A stretch of DNA of 63,263 nt, counting the filler, from Chiloscyllium plagiosum (taxonomy: Eukaryota), in assembly GCF_004010195.1 (NCBI RefSeq). It is 4 parts of one record of this genome, joined end to end, with 100 filler letters (N's around TTAATTAATTAA, not from the genome) between each part and the next. Parts side by side here need not be neighbours in the genome. Positions count along the whole stretch, not along the records: positions 1 to 9,163 come from NC_057716.1; positions 9,264 to 39,382 come from NC_057716.1; 2 more parts are not named here. The stretch is one strand, 5' to 3'. The position numbers and the translations under genes are program-made. Under the pieces are notes generated by a model, which was not told the DNA's origin, did no database searches, and worked only from the letters and a program-made list of their open reading frames with translations. Numbering within the stretch: the stretch's first letter is position 1; each line of letters begins with the position of its first letter. This document shows positions 1 through 11,327 of the stretch, piece after piece.

Positions 1-146
1 AGGTAGGAGCCAGCCAGGGGTGTCCAGGTGGATGGGGTGTGTTGGAGGCGGGAGAAGGGGTCGTCAGAGGGTGGGCGGGAGTCTTGGTTAAAGAAGTGGG
101 CACGGAGGCGAAGGCGGCGGAAGAATTGTTTGATGTCACGCCGCGG
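1..146 (-). mobile_element. Penelope-like element, N-terminal ORF fragment (runs off window edge)
   Basis: Minus strand reads RRDIKQFFRRLRLRAHFFNQDSRPPSDDPFSRLQHTPSTWTP, typical of the region upstream of vertebrate PLE RT. Same C-rich composition as the PLE pieces at 9010-9457 and 58888-59125. Confidence 0.7.
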
Positions 147-429
147 ATATATAGGAGATTTAAGACAATATTGCCAGGAATGGAGAATTTTAGCTGAGGA
201 CAGATTGGATAGAGTGGAGCTCTTTTAAGAAAGCGGAGATTTAATTGAAATTATGAGAGTCAGAATAGATAGGAAAGACTTTCATGTTCAGCCGACAGGT
301 CAATAATCAGGGGCATAGATTGAAAGTGATTAATCAAGAATTAGAGAGGAGTAGACACATGGACAAACCTCTACCTACCTGCCCATCCACCGACCTACCT
401 GGAACTCACTGTCTGAAAAGATTGCAGCA

Positions 430-517
430 TAGACAGGCAGGAGGCTGGAAGAACACAGCAAGCCAGGCAGCATCAGGAGGTGGAAAAGTCGATGTTTTGG
501 GTGTAACCTTTCTTCAG
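430..517 (-). mobile_element. Short PLE terminal fragment with degenerate hammerhead motif and 10-bp TSD
   Basis: Reverse complement reads CTGAAGA-AAGGTTACACCC-AAAACATCGAC...GATGCTGCCTGGCTTGCTGTGTTCTTCCAGC. Flanked by GATTGCAGCA at 420-429 and 518-527. Confidence 0.7.
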
Positions 518-679
518 GATTGCAGCAGTAAACACTCTCATCGCAGTACTGTATACATTATCTAAAAGATTTGCTCAATAATAATATTTAAAGTTCACCA
601 ATACCCAACATGCCAGAGAGTGTTTGTACCCTCAGCTGTCCATCAAGTGCATATCTAAAAGCACTACACTGAAACAAAG

Positions 680-1700
680 TGGATCAATCCAAAGGTCACA
701 TATTCCTGGCTGCAACATGGAGATCCATAAAGGAGATGACCCGCATCCTATTAAAGAGGGACAATGAATTCATTCACTTCACAGCTGATGCTGATACCCT
801 GGCTGCAATATCAATGGGTTTTATAACTATTGCATGGGGCTCCCAAAGAACACAGAATAATTAAGTTCGCTCATGTGGTCATTACAGCTGCCAGGAACAG
901 CCAGCTGCATTTATGAATTCCAAGGAGCTTTGCTCCCTTAACATCCAACTAGTCTATGAGCACAGTATGCTAACTATGCAGGTTAGTGCTCATTTCCCAG
1001 GAAACTCTCATGATTCCTATACATCTCATAATTTTATCTCCCAGAGTTATTTGAGGCTGTTGCCCAAGTTCATGGCTCATAGATACACCCTTGGGACATT
1101 GATGATGATATTAGTGGGCCATATCCACAGACTTACAAAGGAGTGTTACAATGGCTTGGAAAGGGTGGACGCTAGGAAATTGTTTCCGTTAGGCAAGGAG
1201 ACTAGGACCCGTGGACACAGCCTTAGAATTAGAGGGGGTAAATTCAGAACAGAAATGCGGAGACATTTCTTCAGCCAGAGAGTGGTGGGCCTGTGGAATT
1301 CATTGCCGCGGAGTGCAGTGGAGGCCGGGACGCTAAATGTCTTCAAGGCAGAGATTGATAAATTCTTGATGTCACAAGGAATTAAGGGCTACCGGGAGAA
1401 TGCGGGTAAGTGGAATTGAAATGCCCATCAGCCATGATTGAATGGCGGAGTGGACTTGATGGGCCGAATGGCCTTACTTCCACTCCTATGTCTTATGGTC
1501 TTAATGTAGCACAAGGATCAACCAGGGCAGTCAGAGAGCAGACCACTGGCTTGCTGAAAATACACCTTGATTGCCTTGACTTGTCTGGTTGAGTATTGCG
1601 TGATGTGCCCCAGAGGGTGTCCAGGATTGTCATAGCTTGGACTGCATTGCATAATTTGATGTTGCAATGGGAAGGGGAATTGCTGATCAAGGAGCTGCAC
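680..1700 (+). pseudogene. Decayed PIF/Harbinger (HARBI1-like) DDE transposase, split by a CR1 insertion
   Basis: Collinear degenerate motifs: IKEMTRILLKRDNEFIHF; FMNSKELCSLNIQLV...QVSAHFPGNSHDSY (cf. NRKGFHSLNVQLVC...ARYPGSxHDS); after the insert YNVAQGSTRAVREQTTGLLK...CLDLSG*...VSRIVIAWTALHNL. Contains stops and frameshifts. Confidence 0.85.
1154..1502 (+). mobile_element. CR1 LINE 3' end, 5'-truncated, relatively young
   Basis: GLERVDARKLFPL...TRGHSLRIRGGKFRTEMRRHFFSQRVVGLWNSLP...FKAEIDKFL is the CR1 ORF2 C-terminus. 3' UTR hairpin and TCTTATGG-type tail follow. AATG is repeated at 1150-1153 and 1503-1506. Confidence 0.93.
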
Positions 1701-2589
1701 TGTTGTCAGTTGAGGATAACTGTTCAGAATATGAGGGAGAGGACAGACATATCACAGCTTCTTTCTAAATTCTAATCTCAAAGACAACTAAGGACTTAAT
1801 CCTACAAGTGAATTTTAAAAAGATGGTTTCATTATATTCCTTTATTCAGTTATTACTAATTATTGTCTATGAACTTGAAAACATTGAACAAAAGTGAAGC
1901 AAAATGCAAGTCGAGGTGTAGTGTAGATATGCTGTAGAGTGATCTCATCAACCTGTTTAGAGATGTTATTACATACCTCTGGAGGAGGTGGGGTTTGAAC
2001 CCAGACCTCTGCACTCCAAGAGATGTAAATCACAGCAAGATTGGTGATCCTGAGACAATGTGTTGGAAATTAGAGCATCCATTTAGGAAAGGCCCAATTC
2101 CTGAGATAAAAGGGACAAAATTGAAGCAGTAAGTCAAACAATAATTAAAATCTTGAGCTGCCAGTGGCTTGCTTCTGATACACTCATCGCTTTACTAATT
2201 TCCAATTAAACTGGCAGTGTTGTTAGAAAACTTTCCAAAACCTCACACATAGCTAACAATTCTTTGCCACAAATCTCTTGCTCCAATGTGGAGCACATTC
2301 TTTCTTTTCACTGTGTAATCTGACTTTCAGCAGTCAAACAAAGCGGTCATTGTTATTTGGGGACAGCATTACTCTCTGCATTGTTTTTCAGTCAAGCTCA
2401 TGAAAGTGGTTTATGAAGCATTATTGAAGTTCCTACTTAGTTTTGACACTATATCTACTATGGATACCTTGATCCCTGTATCTAAATGACATGTCCGTGT
2501 TCCGAATGGGAATGTTTTTAAAGGATCCATCTAGAGCAGGTGGCACCTGGCACCTTTGCCAGCACCTTCCATATTTAACCACCTGGAGG

Positions 2590-2790
2590 AAAACTACCAC
2601 ACACAAATCCCATTGAAGTCACACACCATCCTGCCTGGAAACATATCTTAATTTCTTTTGTCGCTGGGTGAAAAATCTGGAACTGCCTGTACTTACACCA
2701 ACCATCCTGCAGCAGATCCAGAGGACAGTTCACCGTCCATTAGAGATGGGAAATAAATGTCATCAAAACTGAGACCCCTTGAACAAATGA
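2590..2790 (+). mobile_element. Degenerate LINE 3' UTR, same family as 51140-52715
   Basis: Similar to 52480-52710 (CACACCATCCTG.CTGGAA...GTCGCTGGGT.AAAA.CTGGAA...AGAGATGGGAAATAAATG). Confidence 0.55.
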
Positions 2791-3419
2791 GAAAGAAATT
2801 ACCTAATAAAATTCAACTTGTTTTAATGAAATTTTAGGTATCATTTTGAATTATTTAGGTATCAATTCAGTGGATATATAATTGAGAAACATGTAGATGA
2901 ATTGAATCCCGAACAGAAGAAGCTGCTGTGTTGGTTTGTACTTTGCTGTCTGGTGAACAAATCTACATGAAGAAAACAAGCTCATGAGTTCTGGTGCCTT
3001 GAACAATTATCTTTTCATAAAAATAGAAACGAAATCAAATTGAATATTTGTGGCATAATTTTTATTTACAGTGAAATATTAGTTGCAAGGTATAAAATCC
3101 ATTGGTCTATTCACTATCCCTAGCTTTACAGTCAAGATTTCCCTGCACATGTCTCTTCAATTTTCTCATTTAGTTGTGCAGTGTATCAATAATTGACATT
3201 ACCAGAATCCATCATTTTTAATTTTAAAATGTTTAAGTTTCCCAAGAAAGCTTAATTTGAAATCCCCAATAAATGTTGTAGCACAGTTTAAGGATTTCCG
3301 ATTCAGGCTTTTGTGTACTTACAATTAATTTCTTTCAATGGTAACACATATATCTTGACCTTATCTTGAGATTAAATTATTTCATTTACAAAACGTATAT
3401 AACTATTGGCTTGAAAGCA

Positions 3420-3530
3420 AAATAGACTTCTATTTATATAGAGCCTTTCACAATTTCAGGATGTCCCAAAGCACTTTCTAGCCAATGAAGCATAGTCACT
3501 TGTATAATGTAGGAAACACTACTTATTCTT
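3420..3530 (-). mobile_element. Deu-domain SINE 3' tail fragment
   Basis: TTTATATAG.GCCTTTCAC...CAGGATGTCCCAAAGCACTTT.TAGCCAATGAAG resembles the reverse complement of the tail at 11095-11160. Confidence 0.5.
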
Positions 3531-3569
3531 GTGTAGTGAGCTATTTGTGATTGTCAGCTTTTATCAGAC

Positions 3570-3830
3570 TAGTCATAGATTGATGGAAATCTACAACACA
3601 GAAAAAGGCCCATCAGCCCATTATGTCTGCACCAGTCATATACAATCAGCTATTCTAATCCCATTTTCCTGCACTTAGCCCATAACCTTGTTTGCCTTGA
3701 CACCACAAGTGCATATCTAAACACCTAAGTGTTACAAGTCCCTATCACCCTTACAAGCAGTGAGTTTCACATCCCCACCATCCTCTGGTTGAAAAACATC
3801 TTTAAACCTTCTTCCCCTTAAATCTATCTT
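3570..3830 (-). mobile_element. Old CR1 LINE 3' end
   Basis: Starts ...ACAACACAGAAAAAGGCCCATCAGCCC (reverse CR1 3' hairpin). Contains ACCACCATCCTCTGGTTGAAAAAC, the reverse of the FFTQRVV-encoding segment. Confidence 0.6.
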
Positions 3831-4837
3831 AGCTTTTTTTTGATTATATTGTATATTTTAGATTGAAAGTATGCACCAACTCTGATAAATATCTGAGCTG
3901 TCGGATTGTGAATATTTCAGTAATGACATGTTACTTATGTTTTAATACAAAATAAATTTAAAAAGCAACTCAAAATCATTCAAAAATGTATGCAATGCAT
4001 GAATGCTTAAAAGATTTCAGAAGAATTCTACAAATGATCTAACAATAACATGACCCTTTGACAGTCATGTTGCTCAATATACCATCAAAAGGGCAAAATA
4101 TTTCTTAACCTTTCCCAGTTTTCGTCTCCTTTCTCCTCACCTATCCCTTAGGTGCTGACTTCTTGATACATTGCAATTCTGTAGTAGTACCTTAGGTACA
4201 TCGTCCATTAGGTTCATTATTTGTGTGTGACCCTCTGCAATGAAAGTTGGGGCACTAGTTAACATTACAGCTGAGCCTTTTGTTCATAATTGTTGTTTGT
4301 ACTGCTGCATTTCTAACAAGAATAATCAGAAATATGAATATTAGTGACTTAGCTTTCCCTAATGCATAGCCATTTATGTAAATTATAGTGATCCAGCTAC
4401 CACCCCGGCTAATTCAGAAAAGATTGAGATTCAAACCTCAAACTTTGTTGACTTTTATGGGCTCAGCCTCTGGATAGCTTTGGCAAATAGTTTTCATAAA
4501 GCATTCTGTATGTCATCCTATGTCTTATCGTAAGAAAATGAATACTGTTCCAATGGATCTATGGGAATTCAGCTGTGGAAATCAGTTAGATCCGAGCAAT
4601 GCAAATTTTTAATATTGGCTTGATATTACAAATACTTAGGTTTGATCAGAAAATCAAGTAAAAACTTCAGAGTGCATCCTTTGAAAGGTTTTAGAGATAT
4701 ATTTACCTCATGTGGAAGATTAGACTGGATGGTATTTGATCTTGAATTGATGGCAGGTTTGACACTTGGGCTAGGAGATTAGAGTGGGAACCCCTTTTTG
4801 CAGAATCCTGCTCAATGTAAAAGGTAGTTTTTGACTT

Positions 4838-5640
4838 TTTGATTTGATTTATTATTGTCACATGGACCTAGGGTACAGTGAAAAGTTTTGTTTTGCATGC
4901 AGTACTGGCATATCATACCATGTAAAGTGCATTAAGGTAATATAACAGAGCTAGGAATACAATGTTATGGCTGCAGAGAAGGTGCAGAAAGAGCAAGATT
5001 AGCATTAAATTTAAAATTTAAAAGGTCCATTCAGAAGTCTAATAACAGCGAAGCTTGAATCTGTTGGTTCGTGTGTTTAAGCTTTTGTATCTTCCAACCG
5101 ATGGAAGAGAGTATAATTGGGGTGGATGATGTTGGCTGCCTTTCAGAGACAGCAAGAAATGTAGATGGAGTTAATGAATGAAAGGCTGGCTTGCATGATG
5201 GACTGGGTTGTGTTCACAATTCTCTATAGTTTCTTTTGAACAGCGCAGTTGCCATGTGGGCGGCACGGTGGCGCAGTGGTTAGCACTGCTGCCTCTTAGC
5301 GCCAGAGACCCGGGTTCAATTCCCGCCTCAGGCGACTGACTGTGTGGAGTTTGCACGTTCTCCCCGTGTCTGCGTGGGTTTCCTCCGGGTGCTCCGGTTT
5401 CCTCCCACAGTCCAAAGATGTGCAGGGTCAGGTGAATTGGCCATACTAAATTGCCCGTAGTGTTACGTAAGGGGTAAATGTAGGGGTATGGGGTGGGTTT
5501 CGCTTCGGCGGGTCGGCGTGGACTTGTTGGGCCGAAGGGCCTGTTTCCACACTGTAATCTAATCTAATCTACATCCATGATGCATCCAGATAGACTACTT
5601 TCTATGGTGCATCAATAAAAATAGCTAAGAGTTGTTTAGA
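4838..5640 (-). mobile_element. Old non-LTR retrotransposon 3' fragment hosting a V-SINE
   Basis: Starts with a (TTTGA)n-TTTATT-GTCACATG reverse tail containing the poly(A)-signal complement. RT C-terminal-like sequence continues on both sides of the SINE. Clade not determined. Confidence 0.5.
5258..5571 (+). mobile_element. tRNA-derived V-SINE (shark HE1-like), full length
   Basis: A-box TGGCGCAGTGG and B-box GGTTCAATTCC. V-domain GTGTGGAGTTTGCACGTTCTCCCCGTGTCTGCGTGGGTTTCCTCCGGGTGCTCCGGTTTCCTCCCACAGTCCAAAGA. CR1-like tail GGGCCGAAGGGCCTGTTTCC plus (TCTAA)n. Confidence 0.93.
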
Positions 5641-6189
5641 CAGCCTAAAGTACTGTATTCGTTCCCTGAATGTGAAAACATAAATAGTTACATCAGATAA
5701 AATCAACAGAAATTAAATGTTATGAGTACAGTTTAATTTTCGAAGGGAATGTATGTGTTCAAACTGTATGCATTTGAAGATCAAGAATGTTGTGGGCCTA
5801 CAATTGGTTATTGCTTGAAGGAAGTCTTGAGCAGAATTTTCTGGGCTCCTTCTGGCATATCTGAAGATAAGGGTGGCCAATAAAATTCCACTGGAGGCCT
5901 TCCCACTGTTCTTGCACAATACTGGAAGTGAATGAGGATTAGGCTGTTCTACCCATGCCTATTTAGGGATATGCTCAATGATCACTTAAAGGCTGCTACC
6001 TGCCCTGACTTCAATGTTGATGTTGGCTGTTTCAAGGTTGGGCAGTGCCAGGTAGGTTATTCTGCTTGGACCACAGACAGAGGCACCTCCATTATTGATC
6101 CTGTTTTGAGAATTAGTGCTTCCTATTCTAAGGTCAGGGAACCTGTACCCTGTCTCCTCAATAACAGAGCACAAGATACTAGGACAGAT

Positions 6190-6690
6190 GGCCTAAAGAT
6201 TGTTCAACGAGGCAGGTTTTAAGGAGCCTCTTAAATGATGAAAGAGAAGTGGCAAGGTTTAAAGAGGGGATTCCAGAAGAAAACATAGCTAAAATTCGTG
6301 GAGTGACTTACTGAACTCAGTGATGCACACACAGCTAGAGATGGCAGTACACAGAAATTCCCGAGAGCTACAAAGATAAGGAGAAGTAATGCCCTGGAAT
6401 GATAAAAAATGCTGAGAATTTTAAAACTGGACCAATTGTTGCTCAATCAGAAGTCAACATAGATTGCCAAACATAGGGCGCTGGGGCAAACTTTGGATAA
6501 GATCAAGTTTATAGATGGGGACAGTGGCATGGTCAATCAGGAGAGTGTTGAAATAATCAAATCTAAAAGCAACAAATGGTTGGATGAGGGTTTCAGCGGC
6601 AAATGAGCCAAGGGAAGGTTTGAGTTGGATGATGATATGGATGGAGTATTTTCTCCAAATGGTTGTGGATGTTGAGCCATTTGCAGCTGG
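6190..6690 (-). mobile_element. Decayed L2 LINE RT C-terminal fragment
   Basis: ORF 6454-6726 contains LKPSLGSFAAETLIQPFVAFRFDYFNTLL...KLDLIQ, matching the L2 motif AETLIHAFVTSRLDYxNALL...KLQLIQN. Confidence 0.75.
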
Positions 6691-6698
6691 ATTATAAT

Positions 6699-7155
6699 TG
6701 TTATGGATTAGACTAGACCCCCTCAAAATATTTTAAGAAGGTAGTCTAGACCATAACGTTTTCTTATTTTAAAGGTCAATGTGCAGTGCCGTGTTCCAGA
6801 TGCAATGTAACTGGTCAAACTACTCAACATGAAGCAGAGCACAAAAAGAGGAGGAATTTAGGATAACATAACTATTAGAAAACATAATCGAATGATAGAT
6901 ACATTACCTTTTACTAATTAACTGTTCCAATATAGTAACATCTCATAAACAGACCCTTTGGCAAAAATGCAGGTTCTTACATGCAGTTCTCCAATCCAGG
7001 GAGAAAACAACATCAAGAGAAGGTTCAGAGAGTATAGCAGCTAGGAATCATTCACTGAAGCTTCCAACTCTTTTGAGACCCTAAAGGCTCCTGATGCTAC
7101 TAAAAAAGACAAAACCCAGAAATCAGCGTGCTTCTATTGTTCCAGCTTTAAACAA
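6699..7155. mobile_element. Partial LTR-like repeat related to 30763-31380
   Basis: Starts TGTTATGGA. Shares blocks with the 30763 copy (CTTATTT.AAAGG, TGGTCA.ACTACTCA, AACTGTTCCAATA.AGTAACAT, TTCTATTGTTCCA.CTTT). Confidence 0.55.
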
Positions 7156-7809
7156 ATATAATGAGAATGTAACAGGTATGGTCATAGGAATATTGATGTT
7201 GCAATTTCAAATATATGACTCATGTTTATGTTCAAGCATATATAGCTGAATGTGTGCAATTTGCTCTATTATTGGATAAAAAATGTTGCATTTGTATTGC
7301 AACCTGGTAACGAAAATTATAATTTTGTGAATAGAGAGGCAGCAGAGAGGTAATTGCTCTTTCTTGGTCTTTTTTTCTCAATTTTTTTGGCTATGTATTT
7401 ATGTGATTTACAAAGCAATTAAGTAACAAGTACTCCAGTGTTGGTCCTGCTTAGGCCTATATTAGCCATGAAATGAACACAAATTGCTCAGGGATGACTC
7501 TATATTTTCTCACTCATAACCCAAGGGAGGTTCTAAGGAAGGTTAGTACTTCTCCAAGTCAGTGGCTGGAATCTGCAACTCTGAATAAAGATGGAGAGAA
7601 AATGCCATAACATTCAATTACTCCATGGCAGTATGTTTGTGACTTAAGCATGAGCCTCATCTTACAGGGCGATTTTTGTTTTGCCTCAGCTGCATGGGCC
7701 ATAAGAACAGAAGAGGTACAAACAGGAATAGATTGTAGTTTGAGCTGGTGACCTGACAGTTCAGGTACATAATTCTTTGAAGTTTGCATCACATAAAGAT
7801 AGGGTATTC

Positions 7810-8439
7810 CAGAAGGCATTTAGCGTACTTGTCTTCATTGCTTAGACCTTTGAGTATAGGAGTTGGGAAGCTAAGTTGAGGTTATAAAGGATGTTGGTGA
7901 GGTCTCTTCTGGAGTATTGGTCTGGTCTCACTGTTATAAGAAGGATAATATTCAGCTGGAGAGGGTTCAGAAGAGATTTACCAGAATGTTGCTGGGATTG
8001 GAGGGTTTGAGTTATAAGGAGAGGCTGGATAGGTTGGGACTTTTTTCTTTGGTGCAAGAGGTTGAGAAGTGACCTTATAGAGGTTTATAATATTATAGAC
8101 AAGGTGAATGGCAAGTGTCTTTTCCTAGGGCGGGATTTCTCAAGACGAGGGGGCATATTTTTAAGGTAAGAAGGGAAAAAATTAAAAAAGACACGAGGGG
8201 CAAATTGTTTTATACAGAGTGTGGTTAGTGTGTGGAATGAACTTCCAGAGGAAGTAGTGGATGTGGGTACAATTATAACATTTAAAAGACATTTAGATAT
8301 GTACATGAATAAGAAATGTTTGGAGGGATATGAGCCAAGCACAGGCAGGTGGGACTAGTTTCGTTTAGATTTATGATAGGCATGGACTAGTTGGACTGAA
8401 AGGTCTGTTTCGATGCTGCATGAGTCTATGACTCTATGA
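7810..8439 (+). mobile_element. CR1 LINE 3' fragment
   Basis: Degenerate LVRxxLEY...LERVQKRFTRML...LSYKERLDRLGLFSL...FIQSVVSVWNELP. Tail TTGGACTGAAAGGTCTGTTTC plus (CTATGA)n. Confidence 0.9.
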
Positions 8440-8834
8440 CATATAAAGCCTGCAGTGTGTGATTGAAGGAGGTTATTGCTAATGTTGGGCTTCATTTCCA
8501 TTTTCTTGTCTGTTTCCCTGTTTCTGTTGATTTCCAGAAAGACCGAAGATCTGCTTATTCTAGTCTTTAATATATTAAGTAAAAAAACCACCCTAAACCC
8601 TAAAAAAGTAGGGAATTCGAAAAATTCACATGCTTTGAGTGAAGAAACCTTTCCTTATTTCAGTGGTAAATGACTGACCTCTTATGCTGAGATTATGTCC
8701 TGGATTTTAGATTTTGCAATAAGCTGAAACAACATTTGTACCTACTCTGTGAAACCCACTCAGAATCTTGTATATTTTTGAGGTTGTGTCTCATCTTCAG
8801 AAATTCAGAGACTATAGGCTAATTTAATGTATTA

Positions 8835-9457
8835 GAGCTGGAAATGTGTTGCTGGAAAAGCGCAGCAGGTCAGGCAGCATCCAGGGACAGGAGAATCGAC
8901 GTTTCGGGCATAAGCCCTTCTTCAGGAATGAGGAAAGTTTGTCCAGCAGGCTAAGATAAAAGGTAGGGAGGAGGGACTTGGGGGAGGGGCGTCGGAAATG
9001 TGATAGGTACTACAAACAAACCATTATCTCCCAGACCGTCCATAACCTCATCACCTCGGGGGATCTCCCATCCACCACCTCCAACCTCATAGTCCCACAA
9101 CCCCGCACTGCCCGTTTCTACCTCCTGCCCAAAATCCACAAACCTGACTGCCCCGGCCGACCCNNNNNNNNNNNNNNNNNNNNNNNNNNNNNNNNNNNNN
9201 NNNNNNNTTAATTAATTAANNNNNNNNNNNNNNNNNNNNNNNNNNNNNNNNNNNNNNNNNNNNGGGTTGTGGGACTATGAGGTTGGAGGCGGTGGATGGG
9301 AGATCCCCTGAGGTGATGAGGTTATGGACGGTCTGGGAGATGATGGTTTGGTGGTGGGGGGTGGGGTCATGGTCAAGGGGGCAGTAGGAGGAGGTATCTG
9401 CGAGCTGGCGTTTGGCCTCAGCGGTGTAGAGGTCGGTGCGCCAAACTACTACCGCGC
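8835..9457. mobile_element. Rearranged PLE (probably Neptune-like) spanning a scaffold join, with 16-bp TSD
   Basis: Inverted 3' terminus at 8835-9008 with a hammerhead motif at 8896-8926 (-). Then plus-strand RT (PRTARFYLLPKIHKPDCPGRP), the gap, and the same RT region on the minus strand. CTAATTTAATGTATTA at 8819-8834 and 9458-9473. Confidence 0.88.
9164..9263. other. Assembly join: 44 N + TTAATTAATTAA + 44 N
   Basis: An identical 100-nt pattern occurs three times. The 12-mer places stops in all six frames, as in artificial contig linkers. Confidence 0.95.
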
Positions 9458-9634
9458 CTAATTTAATGTATTACCTCAGTTATAAGAAATTTAGAAAAGA
9501 GGAGGCAAATTAAAGAAATAGCACTGTTTCTGATAATGAAAACTATGAAACAGAAATAGAAAAATGAATTTCCTGGAATTTCAGAGCACTGTAAAGGGAT
9601 ATTTTCATGATGCAATTGAAGCTTCTCGGAGATT

Positions 9635-9694
9635 TTACAGTACATGCATATCAATGATATCATCATGTTCCTGATGATCACAGTGAATCAGCAA
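9635..9694 (-). CDS. Candidate terminal coding exon of an unidentified gene (LLIHCDHQEHDDIIDMHVL*)
   Basis: Strong acceptor tatttctccacag. Phase 0 matches the preceding candidate exon. The intron would be only 67 nt. No homolog recognised. Confidence 0.35.
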   Translation of the reverse strand: MLIHCDHQEHDDIIDMHVL

Positions 9695-9761
9695 CTGTGG
9701 AGAAATAATGACAACAATCTGGAATGATATCTCCACAATAATTGTATTACACTCTACTTAC

Positions 9762-9958
9762 ATCTGTTACAGGATTTTTTTCTTGTGGGTTATTTCTGGA
9801 TATTTGTAGAATTGGGTCTGCGTGAGAACCATGATGGTGGTTCTTTAATTCTAATAATTCTTTGAAGAAGGTATGACATGATTTGCTTGCTTTACTTGAA
9901 GAAATGCCACTATAGACTTTGAAATATTTAATTGTGTGGACTCCTGCTGGGTTCATTG
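9762..9958 (-). CDS. Candidate coding exon (xMNPAGVHTIKYFKVYSG...QEKNPVTD)
   Basis: Acceptor gttcctttatag and donor GAT|gtaagt. 197 nt, fully open, phase 1 to 0. Coincides with ORF 9747-9956. Confidence 0.45.
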
Positions 9959-10322
9959 CTATAAAGGAACGATATCAGAATTATAATGCAGTACTGTAAG
10001 CAACAGGCCTGTTAATTGCTATTGCCAGTGACATCTAAATCATAACCTGTCACTGGTATTTAATACCTAACTATATCATGCTCACTTGTCAGCTATACCA
10101 GAGATTCCTGGAAATTTAACAGTTTCAGTTTAACAGGCCTGTTCACTATGTTTGATAAATATTAAAGTAGGTTACATCAAGCTGTGCTAACTCCAGGTGA
10201 AGTATGAGTAGTTTTAACAAGTCACCAGAAAATGGACTGAACACAAGCACCACGAAATCTGGCACATTAATTCACACTTTCAGCTGTGCTTCATAAGTTA
10301 GTGTTTGTTATGCTGTATTTAC

Positions 10323-10681
10323 AGTGAACAAAGCAGTAAAAATGCCTGGGGATGTGTTGTGATAATGGATAGATAGAATGGAAAGTGCTAATCTCTGCAC
10401 CCAAATTCCAGAGGACCATTCCCATTATGTGACACACACTCCAGAATGTTAAATCATAAATCCCTTTGTATTTCTTGGTTGATTGATGTATGTCTGTGAA
10501 ACCTATTGGTGGATTCTCCAAATAATTGCTGGCAGGTGACAAATATGTAAACATTGAGGAAGGATGTTCACCTTGACTATAATTGGTGGTTCCATTCTTA
10601 TGAGTCTTTGGTGATATTTGACTGAAAGCATTGCCGAAATTTCCCGAGGTTATTGCATGACTAAGACTGAAGCTACGTGCC
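10323..10681 (-). CDS. Candidate coding exon (xARSFSLSHAITSGNFG...HFYCFVH); donor position uncertain
   Basis: Acceptor catttgcctag, phase 2. Lies in a 132-aa non-repeat ORF. Candidate donors (exon end 10572 CAAG|gtgaac, or 10323 CACT|gtaaat) both give phase 1. Confidence 0.4.
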
Positions 10682-10759
10682 CTAGGCAAATGATCAATGT
10701 AGATAGTTTAATAACCTCTAACATTTGTCATCACTTACAATGTACAATCCTGTTTCAAT

Positions 10760-11165
10760 TATGACTCAGCAGAAGCATTTTTGCCTGTGAATCAGGAGGT
10801 TATGTATTCAAGTTCTATTCCAGAGATTAAACACAAAAATCTAGGTTGATCTGTCGTGTGCTGAAGGAATTCTGCACTGTTGGAGCTGTCGCTTTTATGA
10901 TGCAATGGTAGAATGAAGCTTCCTCTACATTCTCAGGTGGATATATCAGATCCCATAATACCATTTCAAAAGAAACACCCTGCTGGTTTGACCAGTATTT
11001 GACATAGAGATTAGCTGTTTATTATCACATTGTCTCTTGTGAGAGCTGACTGTAAGCAAATTGGTTGGTCTATTTAGTGTAGCAGGGCTAACATTTCAGA
11101 AGCATTTTGTTGGCTGTAATGGCAAATTCTGAGGCCACGAAAAACGCTACATAAATGGACTTCTT
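10760..11165 (+). mobile_element. Old Deu-domain SINE (SacSINE1-like)
   Basis: tRNA-like head, then GCACTGTTGGAGCTGTCGCTTT...TCTCAGGTGGATAT..AGATCCCAT (Deu domain), then tail ...AAACGCTACATAAATG. Confidence 0.7.
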
Positions 11166-11255
11166 CCCCCCTGTACTTAGGATGCTGTTCAACCAACCAC
11201 AGTTATTTATACTACATCGAGTTGAGAATTAACACATAACGTTTCCTGTACTTAC

Positions 11256-11327
11256 ATGTAGTGTTCATTGGCGATTTGGTTCCAAGCTGTGTCATTGCAA
11301 AAGCTTTGCAATGCGGCTATGCAATGC
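11256..11327 (-). CDS. Candidate 72-nt coding exon (xHCIAALQSFCNDTAWNQIANEHY)
   Basis: Acceptor ctgattctttag and donor CAT|gtaagt. Only one frame is open (phase 2-2), and it is compatible with the exon starting at 10681. Confidence 0.45.

Noticed and set aside
5258..5335. tRNA-like A/B boxes (also at 12350 and 48432)
   Set aside because: These are SINE heads followed by SINE bodies, not tRNA genes.
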